Source: Lama glama
Taxonomy: Eukaryota
Assembly (NCBI GenBank): GCA_028534125.1
Contig: CM052816.1
Span: forward strand, 93,374,001 to 93,438,000
Direction of reading: 5' to 3'
Length of the DNA stretch: 64,000 bases
Part shown: piece by piece, positions 24,069 to 35,055 of the stretch
How the letters are laid out: each line of letters opens with the position of its first letter
Position numbering within the stretch: position 1 is the stretch's first letter
Notes under the pieces: model-generated
Seen by the model: the letters and a program-made list of their open reading frames with translations, nothing else
Told to the model about the DNA's origin: nothing
Databases searched by the model: none
Position numbers and translations under genes: made by a program

Positions 24069-24451
24069 TGTTATTATTGGGCTCAGCATGGGAAGTGATT
24101 GAGCCCTGGTTTAACTGAATCAAATGGAACACACACAGTTGATGTGTAGTATTTTTCACCTTAATGTTAAGCACAAATTTGCTCTGGAAAATTACTTCCA
24201 ATCAACAAATACACCATTCCCCAATAGCAGATACACTATTCTCTGATCTGCAAAGTATATCTGGTAATTAGGATGACCTTGCTATTGCTCTCATATAATA
24301 AAAAATAGCTTATAAATATTTAAAACATAACTGGCATACAAAATGAGGACTAAGCACTGATAATTACCTATTATGCAACTTCTCTAGCAAGCATATAACT
24401 TACCCTTGGAAACAAAAAATTTGTAAGATCCATCTAAATTAGGTGAGGTTC

Positions 24452-24947
24452 TGTGTTAGTTTTCTATTGCTTCAATAACAAACTACCAAAATTTAGTGGC
24501 TTAAAGCAACATGAATTTACTCTTTTGCAGGTCTGGGGGCCAGAAGCCTGAAATGGGTCTCACTGGATTAAAATCAAGGTTTTGGCAAGGTGTGTTCCTT
24601 CTTCAAGCCGTACTGAAGAATTTATTCTCCTGCCTCTTACAGCTCTTAGGGGCTGCCTGCACGTTGTGGCTCACAGCCTGCTTCAGCCTTCAAAGCCAGC
24701 TGTGGCCAGTGGAGTCCTTCTCATGCTGCCATATCTCTAGTTCTGACCTTTTTAAGGGGAATTATGATTACAATTATCCAGGCCCACTTGGGAAATGAAG
24801 GATACTCTCTTTATCTTAAAGTTGGATAATTAGCAACCTTAACTATTTGCAAACTTAGTTTCTGCTTGCCATATAATATAACATATTCCAGGTTCTAGAG
24901 ATTAGGACTTAGCCATTTTGGGGGAGGCCATTATCCTGCCTGTCATG
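24452..24947 (-). mobile_element. MaLR LTR, MLT1D-like
   Basis: 'tgtgttagttttctattgcttcaataacaaactacc...ggggaggccattatcctgcc'. Confidence 0.88.
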
Positions 24948-25139
24948 GGGTAATAGAGCCTAGCTGGCATTGTTACCTAATCTGCCCACACAGGTTCTAT
25001 GACATTGGTGCTCTCAGCGAAGAACGTTACTGCCAGGTGTTAGAGGGTCTTCTCATGATCAGCTGATGTCACACTCAAAATCCTAATCTTGGGGTTGATT
25101 TATGAAATTGAGGCAAGAATATGGGTTTCAAAACAGGTC

Positions 25140-25430
25140 TAAGAACAGCTTTTCACAAAAACCTATTCAGTAGGATATTAATAAACAGTGTATTAAAAAA
25201 GCGTTTCATGGACAAATTCAAATCGCATTGGAAATGAAGATTAAGCAACACACATTCTGTTGTTTCTTTACTGAAAGACATGAATACCTTTTCCAACGTG
25301 TGTTGTGGTTCTCCAGGAAGGATACCATGGAATGCTGGATCCCCAAGTTATTTGGCAACAGGAAGTTTCTTACTGCAGAACATTTTGTGGGGCTTATGAT
25401 CTGTGGAACACAATGTGAGACATTTCGGTG
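25140..25430. mobile_element. Old hAT-Charlie MITE (subfamily uncertain)
   Basis: Quasi-palindromic arms 'ggatattaataaacag...aaaaaagcgtttcatggacaaat' and 'ccccaagttatttggcaacagg...ctgtggaacacaatgtgag'; similar remnant at about 7635-7770. Confidence 0.5.
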
Positions 25431-25701
25431 TAGTGTAATAAAGTGTAGACTAGTAAAGTGAATGAGGAGCCTCTCTAGGCTGAGAGATCCATAGGAAACT
25501 GACTTCCAAAATTCCCGACATTTAATTGCACTGACAGTACCTAAAACAAATACATCATCACGTGGGGATTGAAAATAAGTTTGTTACTTAGAAATCATCA
25601 CAGCAGGACATTGTAGGAGGCTGTCTTGATATTGCCTTAATTCAACATATTCCAAACTTAATTTATCGTCTTCTCCCTCCCTCTCCCGAGTCCACCGTTG
25701 C

Positions 25702-26075
25702 TGTTATGGGTTGAGTTGTGTTCCCTCAAATTCATATGTTGAGGTCCTAACCCCTGGCACCTCAGTGTGTGACTGTATTTGGAGGTAGGATCTTTAAAGA
25801 AGTCATTAAGTTAAAATAAGATCATTAGGATAGGCGCTATACAATAAGATGCTGTTCTTATAAGAAGAGCAAGTTAGGACACAGACAAAGAAGGAAGATC
25901 CTGTGAAGACACAGGGAGAAGACGGCCGTCTGTAAGACATGGAGAGAGATCTCAGACCCTGCTGACTCCTAGATCTTGGACTGCCAGCCTGCAGGAATGT
26001 GAGAAAATAAATTTCTGTTGTTTAAGCCACCTAGTCTGTGATACTTGGTTATGTCAGCCTTAGTAAGTGAATATA
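25702..26075 (+). mobile_element. MaLR LTR, MLT1B-like, full length
   Basis: 'tgttatgggttgagttgtgttccctcaaattcatatgttgaggtcctaacccc...aataaatttctgttgtttaagccacctagtctgtg...gaatata'. Confidence 0.92.
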
Positions 26076-27380
26076 CCCACCTTATTGAATTCTTCATATT
26101 TGGTCGAGGCACAGCCATTTATATCTTTTTTAAAATCCATTTTATTTTTTATTTCTGAGTTGTAGCAGATTTTCTTCTATGTACTAATTCTCAGGTTTAT
26201 CTCTTCTTCTACTCCATTCCCACTTCTACCAGGCTTGCCGAGCAATCCTTGCTCTTCATAACCGAATTACTTTGCCAACCTTTTCCTCTGAGACTGGTCT
26301 ATAGTCTAATCCATGCTGTCTTTCCCTCTCAACCTCTGCCTGTTGCAGTCCTATCTGGTCCCGACTTAATTCCCACTCCAGTCAGCCTCCTGGCCTCCAG
26401 GGACACAAGGGGATACATCCCGCTGCCTTTCCTATATTCACATGCAGCTCTCTGCCCAGAACAGTCTCCCTCTTCCTTTCTACCTATTCTGATCTTTATG
26501 CCTTTTCGGACTTGGTTCACGTCTTCCTGATTCTCTTAAAAAATTTTCAGTCCATGCTGACTGTACCTCCTGCTCTCCCACAGCACTCGTTGTGCTACCA
26601 TGAAATGCTGCTCTTCTCGGTAAGAACAAAGCTGGCATCACCAAGGTTGTCAGAGGGGAAAATGAGCTGAAAGAAAAGAGCACTTAGTCCCCTGGCCTCA
26701 GCGAAATCCCTGAAAGTCACCTTCTCCTTGGGATTGGTCTTGAGTTGCTGTCCCTGCAGTCTGGCTGGACTTTCCTTTAAAATTCTGGTCCTAATTTGGA
26801 ACGATGACCACTCATATAAATATCTGTGTAGCTCCTGCTTAAATAATGCATAGATTACCTGAGAAAATGCTATTTTTTCCCTTTAGTTTACTGGTAGGTA
26901 AGAGAGACAGGTAAATGCATTTATAAAATATTCCAGGTTGGGATCCTGGGAGAAATCACATACTCCCAAGTCCTTCCTTTGCTGGCCTCTAGCATGATTT
27001 TACAGGAGTAATCTCGCTTTCGTCTCTGTTGCCTTGGTTAGTCACCCTGGAGTCCAGATCAAGGGTGAGATACTGGATTCTTTTTCCTGCCCTCACAGCA
27101 TTGAAGACCTGTCTAAACTCACATGTTTAACCTGGGAATGATTTCTCCTGTCCAGCCAACTCATATACTCTGCCCCTGGAGACCCAACCCAACACCTGCA
27201 GAACCACAGAGGGATGAGATCACCACATAACATGGTAATAGCAACGGTAATGAGACGCCAGCTTACAGAAATGGACACCAGGGGAAGTTTGTTTTCTTTT
27301 ATGCACATGGGCCTTTATTGTCAAGACTATCTGATTATGACACTTGTCACTTTATTAATTGTCAGAATCCATCTGGTAGA

Positions 27381-27853
27381 CATATTCAGTTTCTACTGCT
27401 GGTATAACAAGATACCACAAACTTAGTGGCTCGAAACAACACAGATTTATTACCATATATCTCTGGAGGTTAGAATTCTAAAAATAGTTGGCAGGACTGT
27501 GTTCCTTCTGGACGTTCCAGGGGAGAATCCAATCCGTGTCTTTTCTAGAGTTTAAAGCATATCAGCGTTCCTTGGCTTGTGGCCCAACTCCCATTCTCAA
27601 AGCCAGTAGCATAGAATCTTCCAATCTTTCTCTTTCTGCTCCTGTTGTCACATTGTCTTTTCCCTCTCGGCTGTCATCATCACATCTTGACTCTGAGCCT
27701 TCTACTTCCCTCTTATAAGAACCCTTGTGGTGACAGATAATCCAGGATAATGTCCTCAATCTTAAAATTCTAAATTTAATCACATCTGAATTCACAGAGT
27801 CCAGGAATTAGGATGTGGACATCTTTGGGAGGGCCATTATTCTGCCTGCTAAA
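27381..27853 (-). mobile_element. MaLR LTR, MLT1D-like
   Basis: 'cagtttctactgctggtataacaagataccacaaacttagtggc...ggatgtggacatctttgggagggccattattctgcct'. Confidence 0.88.
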
Positions 27854-28019
27854 GATTGGTAGATAGCCTCTTCCAGTCTCAGCTAAGTACTCCAAAGAAG
27901 ATGACTTTCCAGAAAAGTAATCAGTATTTTTTTTTAAACCAAGTTTATGGAAGTGGCTGAGCATCTCTATTACAACTTCAAATTGTTGCAATCTATTATT
28001 TTATATATAAAGAATTTTC

Positions 28020-28362
28020 TATCTTAGTTCATTTGGGTTGCTACAAGAAAAATACAATAAACGTTTATCTGTCAGAGTTCTGGAGTCTGGTTAAATCTAA
28101 GATCAAGGCACTGGCAGATTTGGTGTCTGGTAGGGACCTGCTTCCTGGCTTACAAGTGGCTGCTCTTCTCTGTGTCCTCCGATGGCAGAAGGGGCAAGGG
28201 CGCTCTGTGGAGTCTTTTATATAAAGGTGCTAATTGCGTTCTTGAGGGCTTCTTCCTGGTGACCTAATCACCTCCCAAATGCCCCACCTCCTAATACCAT
28301 TGCACCGGGGATCAGATTTTCAACATGTAATTTTTGCAAGGACAAAAACATTGTCTACAGCA
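28020..28362 (-). mobile_element. MaLR LTR, MLT1A0-like
   Basis: 'tcttagttcatttgggttgctac...gacctaatcacctcccaaatgccccacctcctaatacc...acagca'. Confidence 0.88.
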
Positions 28363-29259
28363 AAACATATATGGATGTCTGTATATACATATATGTGTAT
28401 GTATAGATAAGAAGTATACATATTTCTTACCCACCAACTTGCCTATCCCTGTGCAAAGCACATTACAGATTCCTGATGAAGCCTTGTAGAATTACAATGA
28501 ATTTAACAAAATCTAATAGAATAGAGAAGAGAGGAGAGAGTCCATGTTTCTTTTCTTTTAACCACTGTTGACTGGAAACTGATAAATACATGAGGAATAT
28601 TGAAGAAAATCTATTGTGTTAAGAGACAGATGTACAAAATTGTATTTCTTGAGGCTGGGGAGCAAGCAGGTACCTTGGATTAGTTTAGAAGTTGGAAAAA
28701 CATAAGGAAGTATTTTTTTCCTTTTTTTAAAATGAATACACACAAGGGAATATTATTTGCAAAATCTCACAGCTCCACTCTGCACTGTAGGATAAATGAA
28801 ACAGTAAGAACAGAAGTTAAATGATGATTAAAAAACAGCATGGCAGGATTTAAACCTGAAGATTAAAGATAAAAAGTTTTGCCGAAGACTATCAGGTGAG
28901 ACATCTGCTACTGTACATGAAAAATGCTGCAGAGCACAAGATATTTTCTAGAAAGTGCTTGTTCTGGATAAGAATTTTGGTTTTCGCTTAGTAAACAGAA
29001 TAATTAGTAAAGATTAAGGAAATGCACCCTGAAGGTTTTTTCCATTGATAATATTTACTTGGCATGACTTTCAGTAGAAATAAATGCTTATCAATGTAAC
29101 AATGCATGATTTTTAAATCAGGCACTGTTATTTGATCTTATCCAATCAAACTGAGTTGATGGTTTGTCTGGGTCTCAAAAACTGCTTAAGTTAATTACCA
29201 GTAAATTTATTGGCGTTGAATCTTATGACTTGGGGTGGCTTTATCTCTACCCAAGCAAG

Positions 29260-29617
29260 TGCTAGAGTAATTAAACAAGGAGGCCATTAGATGCGGGCGG
29301 CTCTAAAGCCTTGGTAGGCTACAGAAGCAGGTGCCAGTGCAAAACCTAAACCAGAGTCAGCGCACTTGAATTCAGGAAAAATGAAACTTGAGAACAACCA
29401 ATCACAAGCAGCCAATAGAATTCCCTCAATAAAGCAACTACTTAAGCTACAGCCAATCAAATAACTTCCTTGCTTTGCTTTCATATCTCAGTAAGATCTT
29501 TCTTTGCTCCTGTTGGTGGAGCGCTCAACCACATTTGATTTGGCATTGCCTTATTTGAATCTATGCATGCTCAAAGAAGCTTGAACATTTTAACACGTCT
29601 TAGTTTATTTTTTAGCA
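29260..29617 (+). mobile_element. ERV1-class solo LTR (LTR26/MER110-like) with 4-bp TSD
   Basis: 'tgctagagtaattaaacaaggaggccattag'...'tttagca'; three CCAAT boxes; perfect TSD 'caag' at 29256-29259 and 29618-29621. Confidence 0.88.
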
Positions 29618-29784
29618 CAAGTCAGAAGGTGATGGGACCTATGTGTTGAGGGGATACTTACATGGTTCAATTCATTCCTTGGAAACCTTGTCTGTTTTCT
29701 TTTCAGTTCATTTATAGCTCAGGGGTGGGCCTTGTGGAAGCATGGGGTGTTGTAAAAACAACAACAACACACCAAATACAGAAC

Positions 29785-29965
29785 TTCAGAGTAAAAGTCT
29801 AGCTCTTCGTGATACAAGTTGGGTTGTAATGAGCAAGTTTATTATGTGTGTCTGGGTCTAAATTACCTTCTTTCTGGAAAGAAAATAACCTTTTTTCCAA
29901 AGGCTATAGGGAAGATTTCCCGAGACAGTTTAGCAAGGATGGTGCTCAGAGCAGCTTGATGATTA
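29785..29965 (+). mobile_element. MIR fragment
   Basis: 'agtctagctctt...gagcaagttt...tctgggtctaaattacc'; very degenerate. Confidence 0.5.
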
Positions 29966-30789
29966 TTACTGTTGACATTGAATATATTTCCTTACATCTT
30001 GTAGAAAGTTTGGAAGGATATTACATCAAGATTGCTCACAAAAGATTGAAGGGGCACCCAACTGGGATCCCCCTTCCTATTGACCCTTACTCTCATAAAG
30101 CCTCACTTTTCAGAAAGGCCATCAGCTGAAGGCAGGGAGAGAGGTCACCTGCTGCACAGAATATTTGGTGATAAGCTTGATCCTGGGAAGCAGAGTGCAT
30201 AGCTTCCCAGGGTGACAGATTTTTCTCTTAGATATCTAATGCAGCTGAAAGATGTGAGAAATGCTTGTCCAGCTTTAAAAAAAAATCTTTCAATATGAGA
30301 GGGCCTAAGAGTATTACTTATTTCTGTGGGGCAGCTGGAATAAATTACACTACACAAATTGGCTTTTGAAATGCCCATCTTCTCCAGTGATAGAATGTGG
30401 AGAGCAGTGCTAGTCTGAGCCCTTTCATTTTGGTCAATCTCTTCTCTGTTTTGGATCCTGCAATAAAAATACACAGAACCTATTTTTAGGATCAGGAAGG
30501 AAATATAGCAGACTAAAAGTTGACTCGGGAGCCTGCTGTTTTTATCTTACCCATAGATGAGATTAAAAATATTATTTTTCCTCTGAAAACTTCTTGGTAA
30601 CCTCAGAATCTTTAATCATGGAATCATACTGAAGTGCTGGCAGACTGGAAGGCAAAACATTTTTAAACATTTAAAAAATTAATACCATCACCTTATTTAT
30701 CCATTAGTCTGACATCCATCAATATTCTTTGACATCTTCCCCAGGCAGGCTCTGTCCTAGGTGTGAAGGATGTAACCGTGAAAAAAAAC

Positions 30790-32190
30790 TCCTACTTTCT
30801 CACCACTGCTCCTTCTGTTTTCTTTTCTTTTTTTCTTTTCTTTTCTTTTTTTTCTATATCCTCCTGTTCTCACTGACTTCTTAGATGCTGGAAAATCCCA
30901 CCGTGAGGTCCTCAGACCTCCTGTCTTCATCTCTACTTATCTCTAGATCAGAAGTTGACAGTTTCTTTCTATAAATGTCTGGACAGTAAATATTTCAGGC
31001 TTTTGCAGGCCACACTGTCTCTGTCAGAACAATTCAACTCTACCATTATAGCAAAAAAGTACCCATAGACAATACAGGAACATATGAATGTGGCTGTGTT
31101 CCAATAGCGTGTTTTTATCAAAACAGGAAGGTGTCCTGATTTGACCACAAACTGGTGTTTGTAGATCCTGATCTAGGTAATCTCAAACCATTGGCTTTTA
31201 ATGCCCTCTAACTTCTCCTGATTCATACATGCATTTCCCCAGGGCCAATCATGGATGTTCAATTGCCCATTTCCTATCTCTACCTGGGTTTTAATAGGAC
31301 TCTCAGACCTAACATTTTCAAGATACAGCTGATGCTCTTCTCCTTCTCTGAACCTGATCCCTCCCCAGGGTTCCTCATCTCAGAAGATGGCATCTTTGTC
31401 CATCTAGTTACTCAAACTCAAAACCTTGGAGCCATTTTTAATTCCTACTTTCCCTTATATTCCTCTGTCAGTTTATCAGCAACGCCATTGGCTCTACCTT
31501 TAAAATGTATCCCAAATCTGGCTGCTTCTCATGGGTCTTGCTCCTATCGTTCTATTCCAGGCCATTATCCCTTCTTGCTTGGACTCCTGCAGTAACTTCT
31601 TGAGGGGTCTCCTTTTCCCACACTTCACCTATCTTTAGCCAGGAAAGAATATACAAGGTCTTCTCATCATCCCTGGAATAAAATTCAGTATCTTCGTCAC
31701 GGTCCTCAGGGCTCCATGTGGTCTGTTCCCTGAGCTCCGCTCTGCCTTCCTTCTACCATTCTTCTCCTTGCTTCTTGTTCTCACATCACACTGTCCTTCT
31801 TGCCACGCCTTCAGCCTGTGGAGCCTGCTCCTATCTGGGCATCATTGTGCCTGGTTTTCCATCTGCCCGGAAAGCTCTTCCTCCAGACGCTAACCACACA
31901 CGTCTCTCTCCTGCTTCCTCAGTGAGGTCTTTTCTGACCACTCACCTTGAATGAAATAATATCCTCATTATTTTCTCTCATCTTACTTCATAAATTGCTT
32001 AAGAGCTTGTATGGCATATATGTTTGTTTATTTATTTTTGCCTTTCCAATTAGAGTGCAAGCTTAGTAAGGTCAGGGACTTTCAGTATTTTCACTGTGGT
32101 ATCCCTGTTTCTAGAACAGCTTGTGGCACAAAACACATGCCTAATGAATATCTACCAGCTCTCTGAATAACGAATGAATGAAGGAAGGAA
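30790..32190 (+). mobile_element. L2 (L2a-like) 1.2-kb 3' portion, interrupted by MER58A
   Basis: 'ctcaaactcaaaaccttggagccattttt', 'ggctctacctttaaaatgtatcccaaatctg', 'tagagtgcaagcttagtaaggtcagggac', ends 'gaatgaatgaagg'. Confidence 0.88.
30949..31170 (+). mobile_element. MER58A hAT-Charlie MITE, full length
   Basis: CAG...CTG termini, 'gacagtaaatatttcaggcttttgcaggccac...atgtggctgtgttccaata'; 8-bp target copies 'ctctagat' and 'atctaggt' (6/8 identical). Confidence 0.9.
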
Positions 32191-33657
32191 AAGACACATG
32201 TTCCTTTTTTTCATAAAGCTTACAGTCCAGAGGGTGATTCAGACAAGTTGGAAGACCCATAACAGTGTGAACCGAACAGGGGACTGCGGGGCCCCATTCC
32301 TCTCCTAGATTGTGGTTGCCAGAACACTTTTTCCAGAGAAAGATTTATCTTAACTGAAAACCCAGTGATGAATAGTAGTTAACCACTTGTGCCAGGCATG
32401 GACCTCTGGGTGTGCTGGGGCTGAAAGAGGCCAGGGATGCCAGGCCAGCTAAAAGACTAAATGAGGTTTTTTTGCATTGCCTCCCTCTTACCTGAATTAC
32501 TGTTTAGTACCTGCACTTTTTAAACTAATTTTAAGCTAATAAGTTATTTAATTGACTCATAATTTTGTAATCTGATCATTGCATTGCACTTGTCCCAGCC
32601 AAGGCAATAGCTGTAAAATTGGTGACCTTTATAGCAAGCAGAACTTTCTGTTGGTAACACAATAGGCAGTCGCATCCTTAAGGGGCAAAACGTATCTCTT
32701 TCATGGTAATGCCCAGGGGCTGTGATTCCAGTGTGCCCACTATCTTTACTCTTTGCCCTCATCTTAATAAATCATTCAGTCCTGGGGAGATTTGATTTTC
32801 TTGAATTGTCATGGCAGATTTGCAATGATGGGAAAAAAGAGCCTAATCTTTAAGAAAAAAAACACAATTAATAAAATTAGGCCATCATTCTTTCTCCTGC
32901 TTTGCCAGAAATGCAATTTCATCATACTTTTCAGTTGCAAAGCTTACAGACTAAGATTTACCTTCAATTTAAATGTGCCAGTGCTTTCAGTGTGTCTATG
33001 TTTTCATTTTAAGCTTCATGAAACCGGCAGGGGTGGGAATTATCCTCATTTTACATCGGATAAGTTGTTTTCCTTCTTCCTACTGATGGCATCCCTTGGT
33101 ACATATTTGAAAGCTCAAAAAGAATTAATCAAGGAGACACCTCACATTGACAAACACCACATAATGGCACCTGAAGTAGGGCTGTAATCATAAGAATGCA
33201 TTTCCCACAATAGACAGTGGTACTTTTCAGTAATTTCAGAAACTATTCAGGACAAGTATTCACAGCCAGACGAGTCAACCCAGGCTATTCATTTTGAGCA
33301 CATGGTAGGAGGACTGTAAATTACATGAAGCCATTAAATTTTACTTCTGACCTGCTAAAAGGATATGGAAAATACTTCATAGTCAATCTTTGGAAAGCCA
33401 TCATCCTTCCAGAAAAGTGACGTCAAATCATGTGTTGGTGATACGGATCCCAAACTAATCTCTAAGGGAAGAAAATTATTTGGTATGGCATGGGGAAGAA
33501 GGTAGAAGGTCTAATATGCTGAAATTAGTAGAATTTTGAAAATAAGAAATTTGAAAATAAGAATTTTCCTAATCATGCCATATCTGTTAATTTACAGATA
33601 GAATCCCCACAGATTTTAGATAACACCCCCGTCCCCCCTCAATTCATGTACAATCAA

Positions 33658-34048
33658 TGCCGTGAACTGAATTAACTCCCCCTATTCATACATGGAAGCA
33701 CTAACTACCAATGTGGTTGTATTTGGTGATGGGGTGTTTAAGGAGGTAATTAAGGTTAAATGAGGTCATAGGAGTGGGGCCCTAGTCCAGCAGGACTGGT
33801 GTCCTTATGAGAATGAGAATGAGAAACCAGAGATCTGTCTCTTTCCATGTGCGCACAGAGGAAAGGCCATGTGAAGACAGAATGAGCACATGCCACCTGC
33901 AAGCTAAGGAGCGAGATGTCATTTGAAACCAATCCTGCCCACACCTTGACCTTGGACTTCCGGCCTCTAGAACTGTGAGAAAATAAACGTGCACTGTTTA
34001 AGCCACCCAGTCTGTGAGATTACGTCACAGCAGCCTGAGCAGGCTACA
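33658..34048 (+). mobile_element. MaLR LTR, MLT1A0-like, full length
   Basis: 'tgccgtgaactgaatt...aaggaggtaattaaggttaaatgaggtcatagg...ctagaactgtgagaaaataaa...gcagcctgagcaggctaca'. Confidence 0.92.
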
Positions 34049-34149
34049 GCAGTCATGCTGGGATACAGAGCACGTTCAGAACGTGGGTCTTACCCTCAAA
34101 GATCTGACATCACAGGTTTAATATACTCACAGTATTTCAGGAGTAGTAT

Positions 34150-34250
34150 CTACATTTGTTGAACACTAAAGTTTGCCGTTAATTATATACACTAAATGTG
34201 CAGGTTTTTGTATCTCAATTCTACTTCAATAAATCTGTTAAAAAAATAAA
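34150..34250 (+). mobile_element. Old L1 (L1MC/ME) 3' terminal fragment
   Basis: 'atatacactaaatgtgcaggtttttgtatctcaattctacttcaataaatctgttaaaaaa'. Confidence 0.65.
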
Positions 34251-34459
34251 GGACACCAGACTTTTTTCTATGTATCTTATTTCTAATCCAAAGGATTATA
34301 ACTGATATCCCTGATTGCTGTCTTCTGAATATTACAGGGTACATTCAACTGGTGACATGAGTGCCAGCAGATAGGATGAATGCAGGCCTGTGTTCTAGCT
34401 GTCATGAGCCCTGAACAAGTGAGTTCTGGGCCCTCCCTTGGAGAGGCAGAACTTGTGAT

Positions 34460-35055
34460 ATGGATTTATCAGTCAGGGTTCTGTTAGAACTGAGCAATCA
34501 CATCAGTAATTTTAACAGAGATATTTTAACACAAAGATTGGCTAACTGGATATAAGGAAATATCGGGGGAAAAATCCCAGGAATGTATCACAGAGTAGCA
34601 GTTGCAGTTGCAGTAAAGGGGACCACCTCTAGGGTTTGGGAACCAAAGGAAGAGGTTGGAGTTATTGAAACTTAGATGTGTAGAGGATGGGTCCCTTTGG
34701 GTGAGGACCCAGGTTCCTGGAGGGGATGCTGGCTGATTGGTGTTTACTGTGTCTTCGAGGCAGAGCAATGAGGCCAGTTGTGCAGGCATTGGAACAACTG
34801 CAGACTAGAACCAAGGACAGCACCAGAATGAGGGTCTGTTGCCGTGGTGAAGACGGTTGCTTGAGTGAGGCTAACTGGAGCAGACGTCACACAGGATGGG
34901 ACAACGCTTTTTCCATCCTCAAGCTTTGCAGTTTCCCTCTAGAGCTTCCTTTGGCAAAACCCAACAGGGAGCAGCAGGCAAAGTATGTTTGGTTTAGTGA
35001 ATCTTGGTTCTTCATCACAAAACAGAATGACAGAAGAGCTGGTTTGTATTTGAGA
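34460..35055 (-). mobile_element. ERVL LTR (LTR41-like)
   Basis: 'tatcagtcagggttctg...taattttaacagagatattttaacacaaagattgg...ggaaccaaaggaagaggttggagttattgaaacttag...ggcaaaacccaacagggagcag'. Confidence 0.7.
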
